A stretch of 64,000 bases of DNA from Podarcis pityusensis (taxonomy: Eukaryota), in assembly GCA_964106645.2 (NCBI GenBank), contig OZ067047.1, one strand, 5' to 3'. A model generated the notes under the pieces. That model was not told the origin of the DNA. It saw only the letters and a list, made by a program, of their open reading frames with translations, and did no database searches. A program made the translations under genes and the position numbers. Positions 25,037-37,818 of this stretch are shown here, one piece after another; the stretch's first letter is position 1; each line of letters begins with the position of its first letter.

Positions 25037-25773
25037 TGTTCAATTACAACAGCCAAGTCTTTAAAACCTGTTCAAAAGCAGAAAACAAAATGCACCACCT
25101 CTGGGGAGGAGATCCATGGTGATTGGTCTGCCACTGGAAAAACCCCATCTCTTGTGCCCACCAGACTTGAAGTCCTTACCAGCAGATCTGCAGGAAGAGC
25201 CTCTGCAGTTTATCTTACTATCTGGTCCCAAGTCGTTTACAGCTTTAAACATAATAACCACTTTAGCTCCCCAAATGCAGTAGGAACCAGGCCAGCTGAT
25301 ATAGTCAGTGTTATATGCTCTGATCCGTTGGCTCCCATGAGCAACTGGTAGCCACATTCTATAAGAACTACAGCTTCCAAAAACAGCCCCACACAATGTG
25401 TGTTTTAGTAAGTCTTGCTGTAACTTAATGCCTGTGGCTGGTTCACATTCTTGTAGCATTTCAGGCAACAGTTAGTGCAGGACACACGAAGAAATGTGCA
25501 TCCTTTTTCTAGATTCTCCTTCCTCCATCTGAGAGGAGAAACGGATGGAGGCCCTTTGTAAGGCAAAATCACTGGGCACAGGAGAAACAAGCACACACAC
25601 ACACACACCCCGGTGTGTTCCTGTGTCATTGCAAAACCCAAGCTTGGGATTTTGTGGTTTGCTGACACAATGTCTAGTTCCACCCCGTTACAGTTTTAAT
25701 CCAGTGGCAGTCAAGACGTGGAACGGAATGGTCAGCAGCTGACCCTTCACTGTTAATATTCCATTTCTTCCAG

Positions 25774-25989
25774 ATGACCCTGAGCTTTGGGACTTACCTT
25801 TGGAGGCCACGGACCTTAGTGTTACCAATCACAGCACGGCAGCTGGGCCAGCCCAACACCCAGGCACACCTTGTGGGCAGTATGACATGATGACACGCAG
25901 CAGAACGCCACAAAAAATAAATAACCAGAGGCCCTGTGCAAAACCTGCACCACAGCATCCCTCTACTAGCCCTCGACCTCACATATCAG
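25774..25989 (+). CDS. RAD52: RAD52 coding exon 10 (DDPELWDLPLE...MMTRSRTPQK...)
   Basis: 216 nt, ttccag|...CAG|GTAAGT, phase 1-1. Confidence 0.9.
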
Positions 25990-26389
25990 GTAAGTTTAAG
26001 AGGTGGAGAAGCAAATGTAGACAGCAGTAGAGACTGGGTAATATAGGGTGGTGGTTTGTAGACAATGGGGCAAGCATGTATATCTATTTTAGCTTAGCAC
26101 ACTCAAATTGCAAATCATCTATGCTACCTCTGAATCTTGCGGTGCCCAGCAACGAGCGGTGAAAGATTTCTTGCTACTTTTTTGGTGCTTTCGGTCTCAA
26201 AGCTTCCTCCAAGGTTCCTGCAACTTGCGTTGAAGTAAAGGTGTTTTAAGATGCGGTTCTAAGTTCAGGCTTTGCAAACTGTTCGGAGAAATGGTCTCTT
26301 GAAGAGAGAGAACAAAAGTAGGTAATATCTCAGTTGTGTAAGAGACTTGTAAAGAAAGTTCTCCTACATACAATTGTTTCCTGTTTCAG

Positions 26390-26451
26390 CTGAGTGCAGC
26401 CCATACAGAAGGAGCCAGGGGATGAAGAAGAGAAGGCTGGAGCCTGCATAG
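26390..26451 (+). CDS. RAD52: RAD52 last coding exon (AECSPYRRSQGMKKRRLEPA*), C-terminal NLS
   Basis: tttcag acceptor; TAG at 26449-26451; MKKRR resembles the RAD52 C-terminal NLS. Total CDS 1209 nt. Confidence 0.92.
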
Positions 26452-26974
26452 CAGAAGATGAATGACTTGACTGTGGTGCTTTATCTGTTCAGGTTTCAGA
26501 ATGCAATTTGCACTCGGAAGTTTCAGAATGGAGAATATTCTTCAGACCTCACTATATCAGGCACTAAACAGGAAAAAGGTTGTTCTCATGATTTTTCAGA
26601 ATTTGAAAGTTTTAAACATTGCTTTCCATCAACTGTATCTCCAGAAAAGAATACCAGTATTTTATCCCGTTAACAGATGTAATTCCATATCCAAAAACAA
26701 AACATTGCTTTATTCTTAACTCCCTTTATTGTAATAGGAAGAAATCCATTTTAACAAGGGTGCATCTTGTAAAGCAAGGCAAACTATTTTTTGTACTATT
26801 TGCCCTGCCCTCAGGAAAAAAATAGAACCAAAGCTAAAGGAATGTAACAGCTTTTTAAAAATGTACTCTTGATACAAGTTTCGTGTAACAGTAATAATAA
26901 TTTACTTTTGTGGAATGAAAAGTTTTTTAAGGCTAGGATGCCAGTGTGTTAATTATGCAATGTGAATCCTGCTT

Positions 26975-27100
26975 ATTAAAGTGGTTAAATTAAAGCTTTT
27001 CATTCAGAAAAGCTGTGAGATTTGATGTCCCACTGTATGAACACTGAAGCCAGCCACACATACACTTTTATCATTTTTCCCTTGTTCTCTTTCAAATAAA
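26975..27100 (+). terminator. Candidate RAD52 poly(A) signals (ATTAAA 26975-26980, AATAAA 27095-27100)
   Basis: Hexamers 0.5-0.65 kb after the stop codon in AT-rich sequence. Confidence 0.5.
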
Positions 27101-27837
27101 GAAAAATGTTGGAGGCTAATAGTTGGACACGAAGCTTACTAAAGAGGTTCGGAATTGATACACAAGCGACGGCCATTTTGCATGCATCCAATTGATGTGT
27201 GACTGCTAACGCCCGGGTCCTTTTGGACCCGGAATGGGGCGGCCTATGAATGTTCTGCTGGCGCTAGTGTGGGCCACAACTGGAATCACTGTGCAAAATG
27301 GTTGCTGCCTGGGTTGAATCTTCCTCCTTAGAACCAGTCAATAGTAGAGGAAAGATGCTGTATTTTGGCATATACAGTTTATAAGTTATATATGTGGCTG
27401 GAGGACTTCTCTGGGTAATTAGGACTATCATTTTTTCTGCAGTGTGTTTTGGTAAAAGGAAATTATTTAAATTTAATGAGGCAAGGCCAACAAAACACTT
27501 AATGTGTCAACATCAACAATCTTAGGTGGTTTACTGGCACGACCTCACAGTGTAAATTGATTACTACCAAATTGCCCATTTTAGATTTCTATTATGGAAG
27601 TGTTATCTGTGGAAAGATCTTTTCAAAAAGTAGAAGTCTCAGAAACCAAATAATAAATTTTCAGGTATTATTTAAATATTCGTTTGAAGGCACCTGCACT
27701 CCTTCAAACTCAAATGATTGTTAACAATAATGCTAGTGGGAGTAACAAGGGCTCACTAACAATTGTTAAGCTTCGGGCACTGGAGGAACCAAGGCCATTC
27801 GAAATGAAAAACCACAGCTCAACAAAAGCAGGTTTGG

Positions 27838-27992
27838 TTTATTTGAATGATTTCATTAAATATCTACAAAGAAGGTAACAAACTGCAGCACAAAGCGCAA
27901 TCATACAGGAAGCGCAATGCCTGGATTTAGTGCAAAACATACCATTAACTACGGCCAGGGAAGCCCAAGGTTTGAATTCATTTTATTTTATT
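27838..27992 (-). terminator. Candidate WNK1 distal poly(A) signals (AATAAA at 27843-27838 and 27992-27982)
   Basis: TTTATT on + strand at the end of a ~2.5 kb repeat-poor 3'UTR-like region. Confidence 0.6.
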
Positions 27993-30304
27993 TTTTTACA
28001 GTGTACATTGTTAAATAATGTAAAGAAAACATCTGTAATTCAGAAACAGATCTTGTGGAAAAAGGTATTCAAAGTGTAATAACACAAAATAATTTAACAG
28101 TTCAGTAGCATTAGTTAATTCCTCTAGACCTCAGTTATTTCATCCACAGGAGGGAAATCAATGGTAAATAAAACCAGTACTTGCATAACTAAGTGAAAAC
28201 TCGACCTCAAACATATTAAACCAAAATACTATCCTTGTGCAACACTCAGCTGACTAGATCTTCTAACATTTGGTGGCATCTTTTCATCCATTGCTCCTTC
28301 CTGCTTTCTGCACATCAACCTCACCTTGAATTTCCCATCACACCTGTGAGGACTTTTTTTTTTTAAGTCTGAAAAGTTGTTGAATCCCAGCCACCTAGAC
28401 TTGCGTCTTTTGTTTTCAGCCACCGGGTCCAAATCCTACCTCTGCCTGACAAAACCACTGTAAACTTCAACTTGAGGCGAAGGGAAGAAAAGAAAGAAAG
28501 ACTTGTGCATATGTTTGAGGGAAGAGTGAAAGAAATACAGAAAGAACAAATGTCCTTGCTAACTTTAGAGGACTTCCAGGGGTGGGGAAAGAGAAAACAG
28601 ACTTCCAGACCAAGCAGTAAAGCTGCTTCCAAGTCCAAAGCAGAAGTACTTTGACTTCACAGCCTGCTGCTGCAATGCAAAGTAATACTAGTTGGTTGCA
28701 GTTATTTCATTTGATCGGGGAACCAGTATTTTAAGTTAGAAAGAGGAAGGCGAGTAGGAGATATAGCACACCTACTAAAAGGCAACACAGTTAGTTACAG
28801 TCCTGGTACCAGTTTTAAGTCCTTTAGACATAGAAAGAAAAAGTTGTTTTTGATGCTGGCTGTTTCAAGTGTATCCATCCTTAGCAATGGATGCTGCACC
28901 AGGAAGATGTGTTCCTGGACTTTCAGGATTGGATTGACAGGCAGGGCAGGGGGGGAGCAAATCCCAGCAAACACCCTCCCTCTCCAGAGTGATCGCTCCA
29001 ATCCCTTGACATACATTACCCTTACTAAAAAACCTTTATAGCTTAAAAGTCAACCCACCCGTAGGTGCTTACCTCTTCAAAGATGTCCCTCTTTCCCCCC
29101 ACTTCCCTTATTCTCAACAACCCAGCTTCTACTCTGGACACTGTGTTCATTCTCTTCAGCACCTCCGCATAAATCCCTCACTGCTGCTGCATCAGCCACA
29201 TCAGTTTCCCCCACCACTCCATAGCTTTACTCTTCCGACACAAAAGCTGCAATAGCTCCCCCTCCAACACCTACTCTCGACACTATTACAGTATAAGCAT
29301 CCAATGTGTTATGCCTTTGGTATTCCAGTGACTATATCCAAATAACCTCCCTCTGCCTGGCGAAAGTCTGCTGGGAAGGTGATGCTAACTGTAGAAGCAA
29401 TAAAAGTCCAAGGCACTAAAATATCCAGCAAGCATACTGGGAGAACAGACAAGTATTCAAGTACATTAATTTATACAATTATACATTCACATTTATCTAA
29501 TACAATGAAAATACAAAGGAAAAAAAGTTAAAGTGTCTCCAATAAGTATCAGGATATAGCTAGCTTTTCCCCCATTTTTTTTCCTTTTTAACTGTTTAAC
29601 CCTCTATATGCCACTCATTTTTTTTAAACTACTGTTGTCCAACAACATTTATATATCACAGTGTTTCCACATCAAAACTGATGGTAAGTACATGTCCGCA
29701 GGGAACTTTTTTAAAAATTTGTCTTCTAAACAATTTAAATTGCTCTAATGCTGCAGTCAAAGCTGTTAATATCTTTTACTTAAAGCAGTAATGACCTATG
29801 TCAAAGCACGGGCTGTTCTGCAAGTCCACTTGTGTGCCCCATCAGCTCAGGAACTTCGGTGTGATGGTCTGACGGAAGGAAGAGACATGGAAATAATGGA
29901 CAGCTCCCCCCACCCCCGGCTTAATTCCTCAGAGCAAGACAAATGGCATACTAAAGATTCATGCTAAAACTAACAACAATTCTCCCGTCTCAACCCATGT
30001 AGATTCAGCATCTTAAGCCAAATGAATTTTACAGCACGAAGCCCTTGGCTTGTGTGGTAGCTTTCATCTTTACACACTTGCCACAGACGAGAGGAAGCAT
30101 GTCCCATCGTGGAAGATCCTGATCACTCTTCTCCCCATATTCAAAATGGAGGGCTTTTCTTACGGAGAGCAGAGAGCAATGGTTAGAGGAGGAAATTCAC
30201 CCCCCTCCCCTTTGGGCGCTAATAGCCAGTTCACTGCAGCCTAGTGGTTGATTCAGGGCCCGATCTCCCCCCTCAAGTCTACCCAGCAGCATGCCTGGGT
30301 CTCA

Positions 30305-30619
30305 TTAAGTGGTCCGCAGATTAGAGCCAGGGGGGTTGCTGATGGATTTCTGCAAGTTGCTGATGTTGAAGCTTTGCAATGAGGTGGCACCTACAGGCTG
30401 GAACTGGCCTAAAGGCTGCGGTGCTGGACCACCTGTCCCGCTCCAGGGAGCTACAAAGGGCACTGCTGGGAAACCGTATGGCTGAGGGGGGCACATGGCC
30501 TTTGTGAAGTGACCTAGGGAGGTAGCTGACGCAGCAGAGATGGGTGTAGCACCGAGGGAGGACGTCATCGAGATGCAGAGCTGACCTGGTGCAGAGAACT
30601 TCCTTGCCATTCCTGGGCC
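30305..30619 (-). CDS. WNK1: WNK1 terminal exon 28 CDS (GPGMARKFSAPG...NPPGSNLRTT*)
   Basis: WNK1 C-terminus NLRTT; acceptor tttttag. Confidence 0.97.
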   Translation of the reverse strand, partial: GPGMARKFSAPGQLCISMTSSLGATPISAASATSLGHFTKAMCPPQPYGFPAVPFVAPWSGTGGPAPQPLGQFQPVGATSLQSFNISNLQKSISNPPGSNLRTT

Positions 30620-30781
30620 CTAAAAACAAAACCCAACCCGAGGTTATTTCAGAATTGCCAAACAATGTTAACACAGTCCTTAGAGGCTTCTCCCTCAGAA
30701 ATGTGTCAGATTCTTCCATGAATGACTTGTAAGTCGGCTGAGTGCCTACGACCAGACACAAAGCCACAAGCAAGTACTTAC

Positions 30782-30963
30782 CTCATAATTGCCATGCCCC
30801 TTGCCTCCTTTCTTGCCAGAGAGGCTCATGGCATCGCGAGCCCAGTTGTCTACTAGCTTGTGCAGGTCATCCGTAAAGGTCCCTTTTCGACTAGAGGCAG
30901 GAGGCTGAGACTGAGGTGCCTGGCTGTTCACTGTACCCGCAACAGTGTTTGTACTGCTGGTCC
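30782..30963 (-). CDS. WNK1: WNK1 exon 27 (TSSTNTV...RKGTFTDDLHKLVDNWARD...NYE)
   Basis: 182 nt, donor GAG|GTAAGT. Confidence 0.97.
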
Positions 30964-33759
30964 CTAGAAGAGCAAAGCAATGGCTGTCATTTAAACCTGA
31001 CTGTATGATAGCTCCTGAAGGCCATCAAAACTATAGCTACAATGGAAAAATAGGAGAAAGCAAGAGTTTAAAAAGCCATGCACATGAATTCTACAATTCA
31101 GTACCAGGACATAATGAAGAGGAAGGGATTTAGGGCTCAGCTAGCAGTTTCACTCCTATTAGGTTAATCATGTAATTGTGTGTTATTTTCCAGATCAGTG
31201 GGTGGTCTGCAACGTTGCCATTTTCCACTGGGGAATGAACTAGCTTTTGGTATCAATGACAGGTCCATGATTAATGGGTTCCTCTACATTGTCAACAAGC
31301 ACCTATTATATCAAGTTAATGCTACTGCCAACTCTGCCCACTCACTCAGCACAGACAGCTGCTCTGCTCTGCAGATGGAAACTAAGAAGCCCCAGGGACT
31401 CGTTACTGGAACGAGACATTGTATTACTGGCAGGTACTTCCATCTGCGTGAATGTACCTGAACCTGCTGGCTTACTGTCCAAGCACAACAGTGCCAAAAG
31501 GAAGCGGAAAACAATCACCTGGTGCTTCCAACTCAGATGGCAGCTTCCAGAGAATCTGCACATTTGGGTTTCACGCCATACAGAACTTTATACAGCTCTG
31601 CAAAGAGAAATGCAAGGAACTGTTTCTATTTAGAATATGGCACCTGGTAGGATCAAATTCTAAGAATGAAGGGAAATCCAAAGCATCCAAGTTTCTGCTG
31701 TGATGGCCATTCTATAGCAAATCTGTAGTGGAATGGTGTGAAAAAGTTGTTTTTGGTTGTCCAAAATGGTTATTCAGGAAGCAGCAACCTAAATGCAAGA
31801 GTGTTGAGAACCCCACGTGTGCTATGAAACAAGCACCATGACCACTGAGATAGGACACTGTCTCCAATGTATAGAAGCCAATGAGCCCATTGCATTGCTC
31901 AAGACTGTACAAGAAGTGCATCTGGGAAAGCCTGAAGTACAATTCAAGTCCACTGAAAAGGCCTTCCTATTTCAACACAAGGAAGGAGTTAAGGTACAAC
32001 TTGATGAAAAACAGCTTAGGAAACACCAATTAGACCAGTAGAAGGTAGCTCATTAATTCCACCCGACTTGCTCCTGGGACTGTCAAAATAATGGAATCGA
32101 AGCTTTAAAAGAAGTCAAAGAGGGAACCAAGAGTTCCCACTGCACAAGACTCAATCTAAAAACTCTGATAATCCATTCCCACTGCTCAAGAACTTGCTGT
32201 CAGAAGCAAAGTCATAGGTACTGGCAACTTAACTGGACCCTTGATTCTTTGGGATAAAACTGGCCTCCCTGAATCCAAGCCAGATTAGACAAGAATTCAA
32301 AACATTATAATTGGTTAGAGCAACTGAGCAAGGTGCCACTGCATTGTGAAATACAAACAAGCGGATAAAACTAGCCAAGGTGGTGAAAGACACAGCAGTC
32401 CCCCCAAAAAAACTACTAAATAAGTTGGGAGTAGTGCTCATCCACATGCAGGGAAGAGGAAGGCGGAAGAATCCTCTGCCCAGGTGAGAGGAAGGAATGT
32501 GGAGTTAATAGTAATAAGATCGTAACTGTGTTACATGCAAAGGAAACTATACTTGTGATGCAACAAGATTCAGCCATGTAGTGTGAGAGAAACTGGAACA
32601 CAAACACACATCTAAGTAAAAAAAATGAGCAACCTGAAGAATAGTAGAGGGAACAGGCAACACAGATTTTTAGAAAGTGGTGGTGGTGGTAAGAATCTTG
32701 ATACATGGTACCAATAAAATATCAGTGCATTCTCCTGACTACAATTTCATGCAGGGACCAGCACATATCCATCAGCCCCTTCCTGATGGCCAGAAAACAC
32801 AGCTCTTGTTGGTAAGTGTAGTGCCCAGACTCTGCCCTGCTTGCATCTCTAAGTAATTGGGGGTGGGGAGAGAGTTTCAACCCAGAATTGATAGATGGGG
32901 TCTGTTAATGTTTGGCTTTTTACTTTACAAGCTGTTGAAAATGCACCAGATTGTCTCAGGAACCCTCTAAAACTAAAATGTAAGAGGGAATGTCATATTA
33001 AATGTGAGCTGTATTGAAAATACTCTTATGTCTGGTTTATTATGAAGCCAGTTCTCGAGACACTTCATCTACTGAACCAGCCATCAAGAAGAGTCTGACG
33101 AGCACTTAGGTCAGTGACCATGGGGGAAAAACCTCCCTCCAATCTTGCTCAGTCACAGCAAACGTTACAGAAACTTATTTCGGCTCTTCATACAACGGAA
33201 CAAATGCAGAGGCTTAACTGGCCCTGTGAGTCACATCACTGCACACGCCGCTGCCCCTTCCCCACCTTAACGCTGCCAATTTGCTTCACTCCCATTTACT
33301 GACTCTTCATCGATGATGACACTTTCTCCTGGACATCTGGGTCCTTGCCCTTCCTCTTAGTAAGATATGGAAACTCCTTTTGAAATTGGATCAGTGCTTA
33401 GGGCAAACCCCTTCCGCTATGATCACTGTACACAAAGCCCATGAACGAGGGAGATTTTGCCTTCTGACCCAAAATGCTGCAAATTACTTGTGCTAATGTA
33501 CACTTTGGCATCATTCCTCGTCAGCAAGGAGGACACAGGTGACTGATAGTCAAAACATGCCATTCCAGCAAGGAACTGCCATTGTGAGGTGGCCAGGCCT
33601 TTTGCAGTGTTAGTGCAGAAACAAGTTAGAAAGGGACACAGAGACAGATGCTGTGCTCAAGACAGATTCAGGGAGGTTAAGCTTCAGAGATCAGAGGAAA
33701 ACTTAAACACAGCAGCTTGGCAATCAAGAGTTCAGAAGTAACCAAAATGCAATAATTAC

Positions 33760-33801
33760 TACAGAGCTGGTTGCAAGGGCAGACTTTTTTCACCATCTTC
33801 C
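33760..33801 (-). CDS. WNK1: WNK1 cassette exon, 26b-like (KMVKKVCPCNQLC)
   Basis: 42 nt, phase 1-1, cttcag|...A|GTAATT; peptide recalled from WNK1 isoforms. Confidence 0.8.
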
Positions 33802-36279
33802 CTGAAGCACAAAGAGAAAGCATTTTGTTAGGGAGAAACAGTGAGAAACATTTAGTGTCAAGCAAACAGCACAAATAGCCTGGTTATAAAGAGGGGAGAA
33901 TACAACAGGACCCTGTCCTTTGGTGACACTGCTTTTGATTCTTTCAGGACTTTTCTAGCAAGACACGCAGTAGCAACTGGAGGAGCTGCAACAAAATTCA
34001 CATTTAGTTTATGCACCTGTATCTCTCACAGGTATTAAGATTGTGGCCTAATCATTTCATCCAATATTAAGTAGGTTTGGGTGAGTTAGACTGAGTGAGT
34101 CTCAGACAACAGTTCAGGTACTCTTACTGATTGGAGAAAACAAAGTTTCAGTCCAGTTCAACTGAAAGTCAACCAAATCCTGAACTGAACACTGGACTAA
34201 ATCTTTAATTTATGCCCAGCTGATCAGATTTCTCCTTCTGACTGAAAAAGGAATGGCATAAAAACTTCCTGCAGTTTTGAGAGTACATTATAATGGTTCG
34301 ATTCTGACATTCTCTGATTCCCTATTTCCTAGAACATCAGTGCCACCAGAGGTAGGGACATACCTGTTGAATCTCTTCCACTTCTTCTCCAGCTATCAAG
34401 AACCCACCCGTTATTTGTGCCCAGTCTTCTAACTTCTAACAGAAACCTTTTCCCACCATCCCAGAATCTGTGATAGGATGTCGGGTCAAAATCCAGTAAA
34501 ACAAGAAACCTGTAAACAAACTGAGCATCAAGCCAAGCCGTGCTTCCACAAGTGCTGCCTTGTTTTACAGGACAGCTGCAATAAACTGAGGGATGCAGCA
34601 GAGGGTACTGCACATATGCCATTACTTCCAGAGACCAAAGTAGCATTTTCTGTCTCCCCATCATGGATCTTAGTTCACAAAGGTACCTCCTGTTCAAGAG
34701 CCACATTAAAACTAGAGCAAGTGTGCAGCAAGATTAGCCGTATCTTTGCTATTTATTAATTATCCACCACAATAATAAAGGGTGGCTACTCCTTGATCTC
34801 TTATTAATCTTTTATTGCAATTCAATGTTTTCTGGGAGAAGCTAGTTCTTAGTCCTGGCTTTATCACTATTTTTTGCAGATCCTTTCAGATCTGCCTCAC
34901 ACTGTCCACATTAAGATTTCCAGTTAAGAAGCCTGAGATGGGGAGAAGAGCTGCATGTTGTTCTGCCAGAGTTTTTATGATGGGTGCTGGCCAGCCACCC
35001 TATAGATCCATATGGATTAAAAGGCAGGATATAAATACTTTAAATAAGAATAAATATGCATGATTTAAAGAGTACTCCAGTTGCCCCAAGCAACTAAAAA
35101 CCAAGTACAATGAGGCTAAAGCAGTGCTGCAAGTTCAAATCCTAAAAAGGTAGTTTCTTTTAACTTCTCTGAAGTCAAATATCATCATCTTATGATTTTC
35201 ATTGTAGCTGTCCTTGTGCAAGGCTGTCTTGGAATCTGCTGCTCGGCTCATTAGGTACAGGCACAGAAAAATCCCTGGCGTGGCTGAGCTGCTGCTCAGT
35301 GTACATGGACAGATGCTCTTCAAAAATAGGATCCAAAGATCCTGCTTGTTTTTTTAAGTCTGGGAAGAATAATACAATTTGCACACCCAGGAAAATAGTA
35401 TTCTATCTGCAGCATAAGCACACAATTCAATAGACACATGTTGTTGGCATCTGTCCGTCTTGAGAGAAAATGGAGTGTGCCTCCGGGGGTGAAGTCAAAC
35501 TGCTGGAGAATCACAGCACAACCAACCCATCCATTTCCACCTATTTCCATGGCCCTGTCTAGCTCAGTAGAAGTTGGAGACAGACCCAATCAAATGTATG
35601 TAGAACAGCTATTTTTAGAGCTCAATTCCTTTGGCTATAATTTTAATCCTTTTATTAGGTCTATATTATTTAAGTGCCTTATAGTCCTTTAAACGCCATT
35701 AATTTCAGAAGTTTAATACATAGCTCCAGCAAAGCAGGCTGAACATGTTTTTATACTCTGCAAGGACAGTGTGCCAAGCAACACATGAGATGCAGCACAA
35801 GAAATATTTATGCTGGAAGCATCTTAATCCCAATTATTAAGGGATTACATTTCCCTTCCAAAGCACAGGAAGAGGGAATACCCTTTCTCAAACATTGGCA
35901 CTTCCCATTCAAGAATACATTCCCACAAGTCACTCTTCTAACTAAAACTGATGAAGCATGAAGTAGGTTTTGCATGTCTAAACCTGAATAAGGCACCCAT
36001 ATGCTAAACTGATCATATCGCTATGCAACTCATGAGCTAATACAAATAATCCCTTCCCAAGTTCCTATTTTAGTCAAGAGACAGGGACCTTAAACATTTG
36101 CCTCTGCTAAGAATTGAGCTGGTGGGGTGAAGTGGCAAAAAAAGCTAGCAATTCCCTCCAACAGGAGTAACAACGAGGTACAATGCCCATAGCTCCAAAA
36201 GTAGATACTAATCACACTGCTTCCTGGACTATTGTCTTGATTTCAAGTCCTTTGGTGGAAAAGCAGGAGACATCTGTCA

Positions 36280-36363
36280 TGGATGCTTTAGCTGAGATTC
36301 CTGAACTGCAAAGGGTTGAGCTAGATGACCCTTGGGAACCTTTCCAACTCTACAATTCTATGA
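36280..36363 (+). mobile_element. CR1-like 3' end fragment
   Basis: GGGTTGAGCTAGATGACC...TTCCAACTCTACAATTCTATGA. Confidence 0.6.
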
Positions 36364-36878
36364 AATGTTCCATCATGAGCACCAATTCAACAATAGACAC
36401 AGCCCTCAACCCTGAATTGCTGCTATGCATGTTGAAGCAGTGTGACAGTCACTGCCACATACACACTCAGCCCAAACAAATAAACAGCTGGCTGTGCCTC
36501 TTCAGAGTTATGCAAACTGGTCCAGGTCTGCACAGAATCCCAGCTGAACCACTAGGAAAGGTTCTATCATGGCCTTCCCTGCAGTTACTACAGGGAAGAC
36601 TATAAACTGAGGAAAGGAGTTTGCTACCCAAAGCATCATTAAAACTTGAAAAACATAAGCCACTACCATTGTAGCCTTTTGGCTGAGCAGCACAATAATT
36701 TTTTAAGACAGCTTTCTGGAGGATATACTTAAGAGCAACTCAGCCAAGCCCTGGGGTTGGAGAGACACAAGAAGGCAGATGTGAATGGACAGCATGTGAC
36801 AACAGATCCAAGTAGCAGAAAACAAAAAGACGAGGAAGGAGTAAAGGTGTTACACACAAAGAGCCAAGCAGGGCGTAC

Positions 36879-36950
36879 TCAGAAATCGGGTCCTCCTGCC
36901 ACCAGGCTTGAATGTCACCCGCTCAGATGCACAGTTAAACTTCACACACC
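36879..36950 (-). CDS. WNK1: WNK1 cassette exon, 26a-like (GCVKFNCASERVTFKPGGRRTRFL)
   Basis: 72 nt, phase 1-1, long pyrimidine tract, donor GA|GTACGC; alternative in-frame donor at 36858. Confidence 0.8.
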
Positions 36951-37818
36951 CTGTGATAAAACAAAAATAAAAGAGGGGAAGAACAAGGAGAAGAGAAGAG
37001 AGACAGAACACAACTACAAGATGTTAGAAAACTCTTTAAGCTGGTGGTGAAATGCACTAGCAAGACACAAGAGAAAAGAACCTCACTGGTAGAGGAGCAT
37101 TTGCAAGACACAAGGAGCCAGGACTCTTCTGTCCCCCACCCCCACTCCCAAAATCATGTTTGTTTCCTCAACTGGAACAGAGCTATCCTCCAATAGTTCA
37201 TCCAGCAGGAAGAGGGTTGCATGCCACAAGTGATATAAAACAGCCAATGCACACATTGACATAATACATTGCACAACTTGAAAGACACATGAGGTACAGG
37301 TTAGTATGGCTCATATGGTTAAAAAGGAATGAGCAGAAGCTCCCTTCTCATTAGGAAGGTGACTTGGAAGAAGCAGTAGCATATTCTATTCTTGTATTGA
37401 TATACCCACCTCCTTGTCCTGAAGCAACATACTGCCACTCCACCCACACCATTAATGTGTGTGTCAGAAATGAGTATGTTATGCATGCAAACTGCAAATT
37501 CAAATATGGTCTCACAGGGACCATGATAAACTTCTAACTTGTGCAAGGAAAGTTGACACGCTCCCAATTTATCCAGGGAGAACATATTACACTATCTCCC
37601 TCAAGCTTTTCCCCTCCATCATCTCTCCTTGATGTGGAAGGTGCAAAAACATACAGGGCAACCTTCACTGTCATATCCTTAATATTACTTGCCGGAGTGT
37701 CCCAGGCCTCACAGCTTCATCCTATGAAGGAGATAATCTGAAATGTAGCAGGGTATTTAATCCCCCACCTCAGCCCCCAGTCACGTTTCTCTCCATGCTG
37801 CTAATCTACAATATTTAC

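Noticed and set aside
33295-33400. Possible extra WNK1 exon (EFPYLTKRKGKDPDVQEK...)
   Set aside because: Protein-like, but no convincing acceptor and in-frame stops on both sides.
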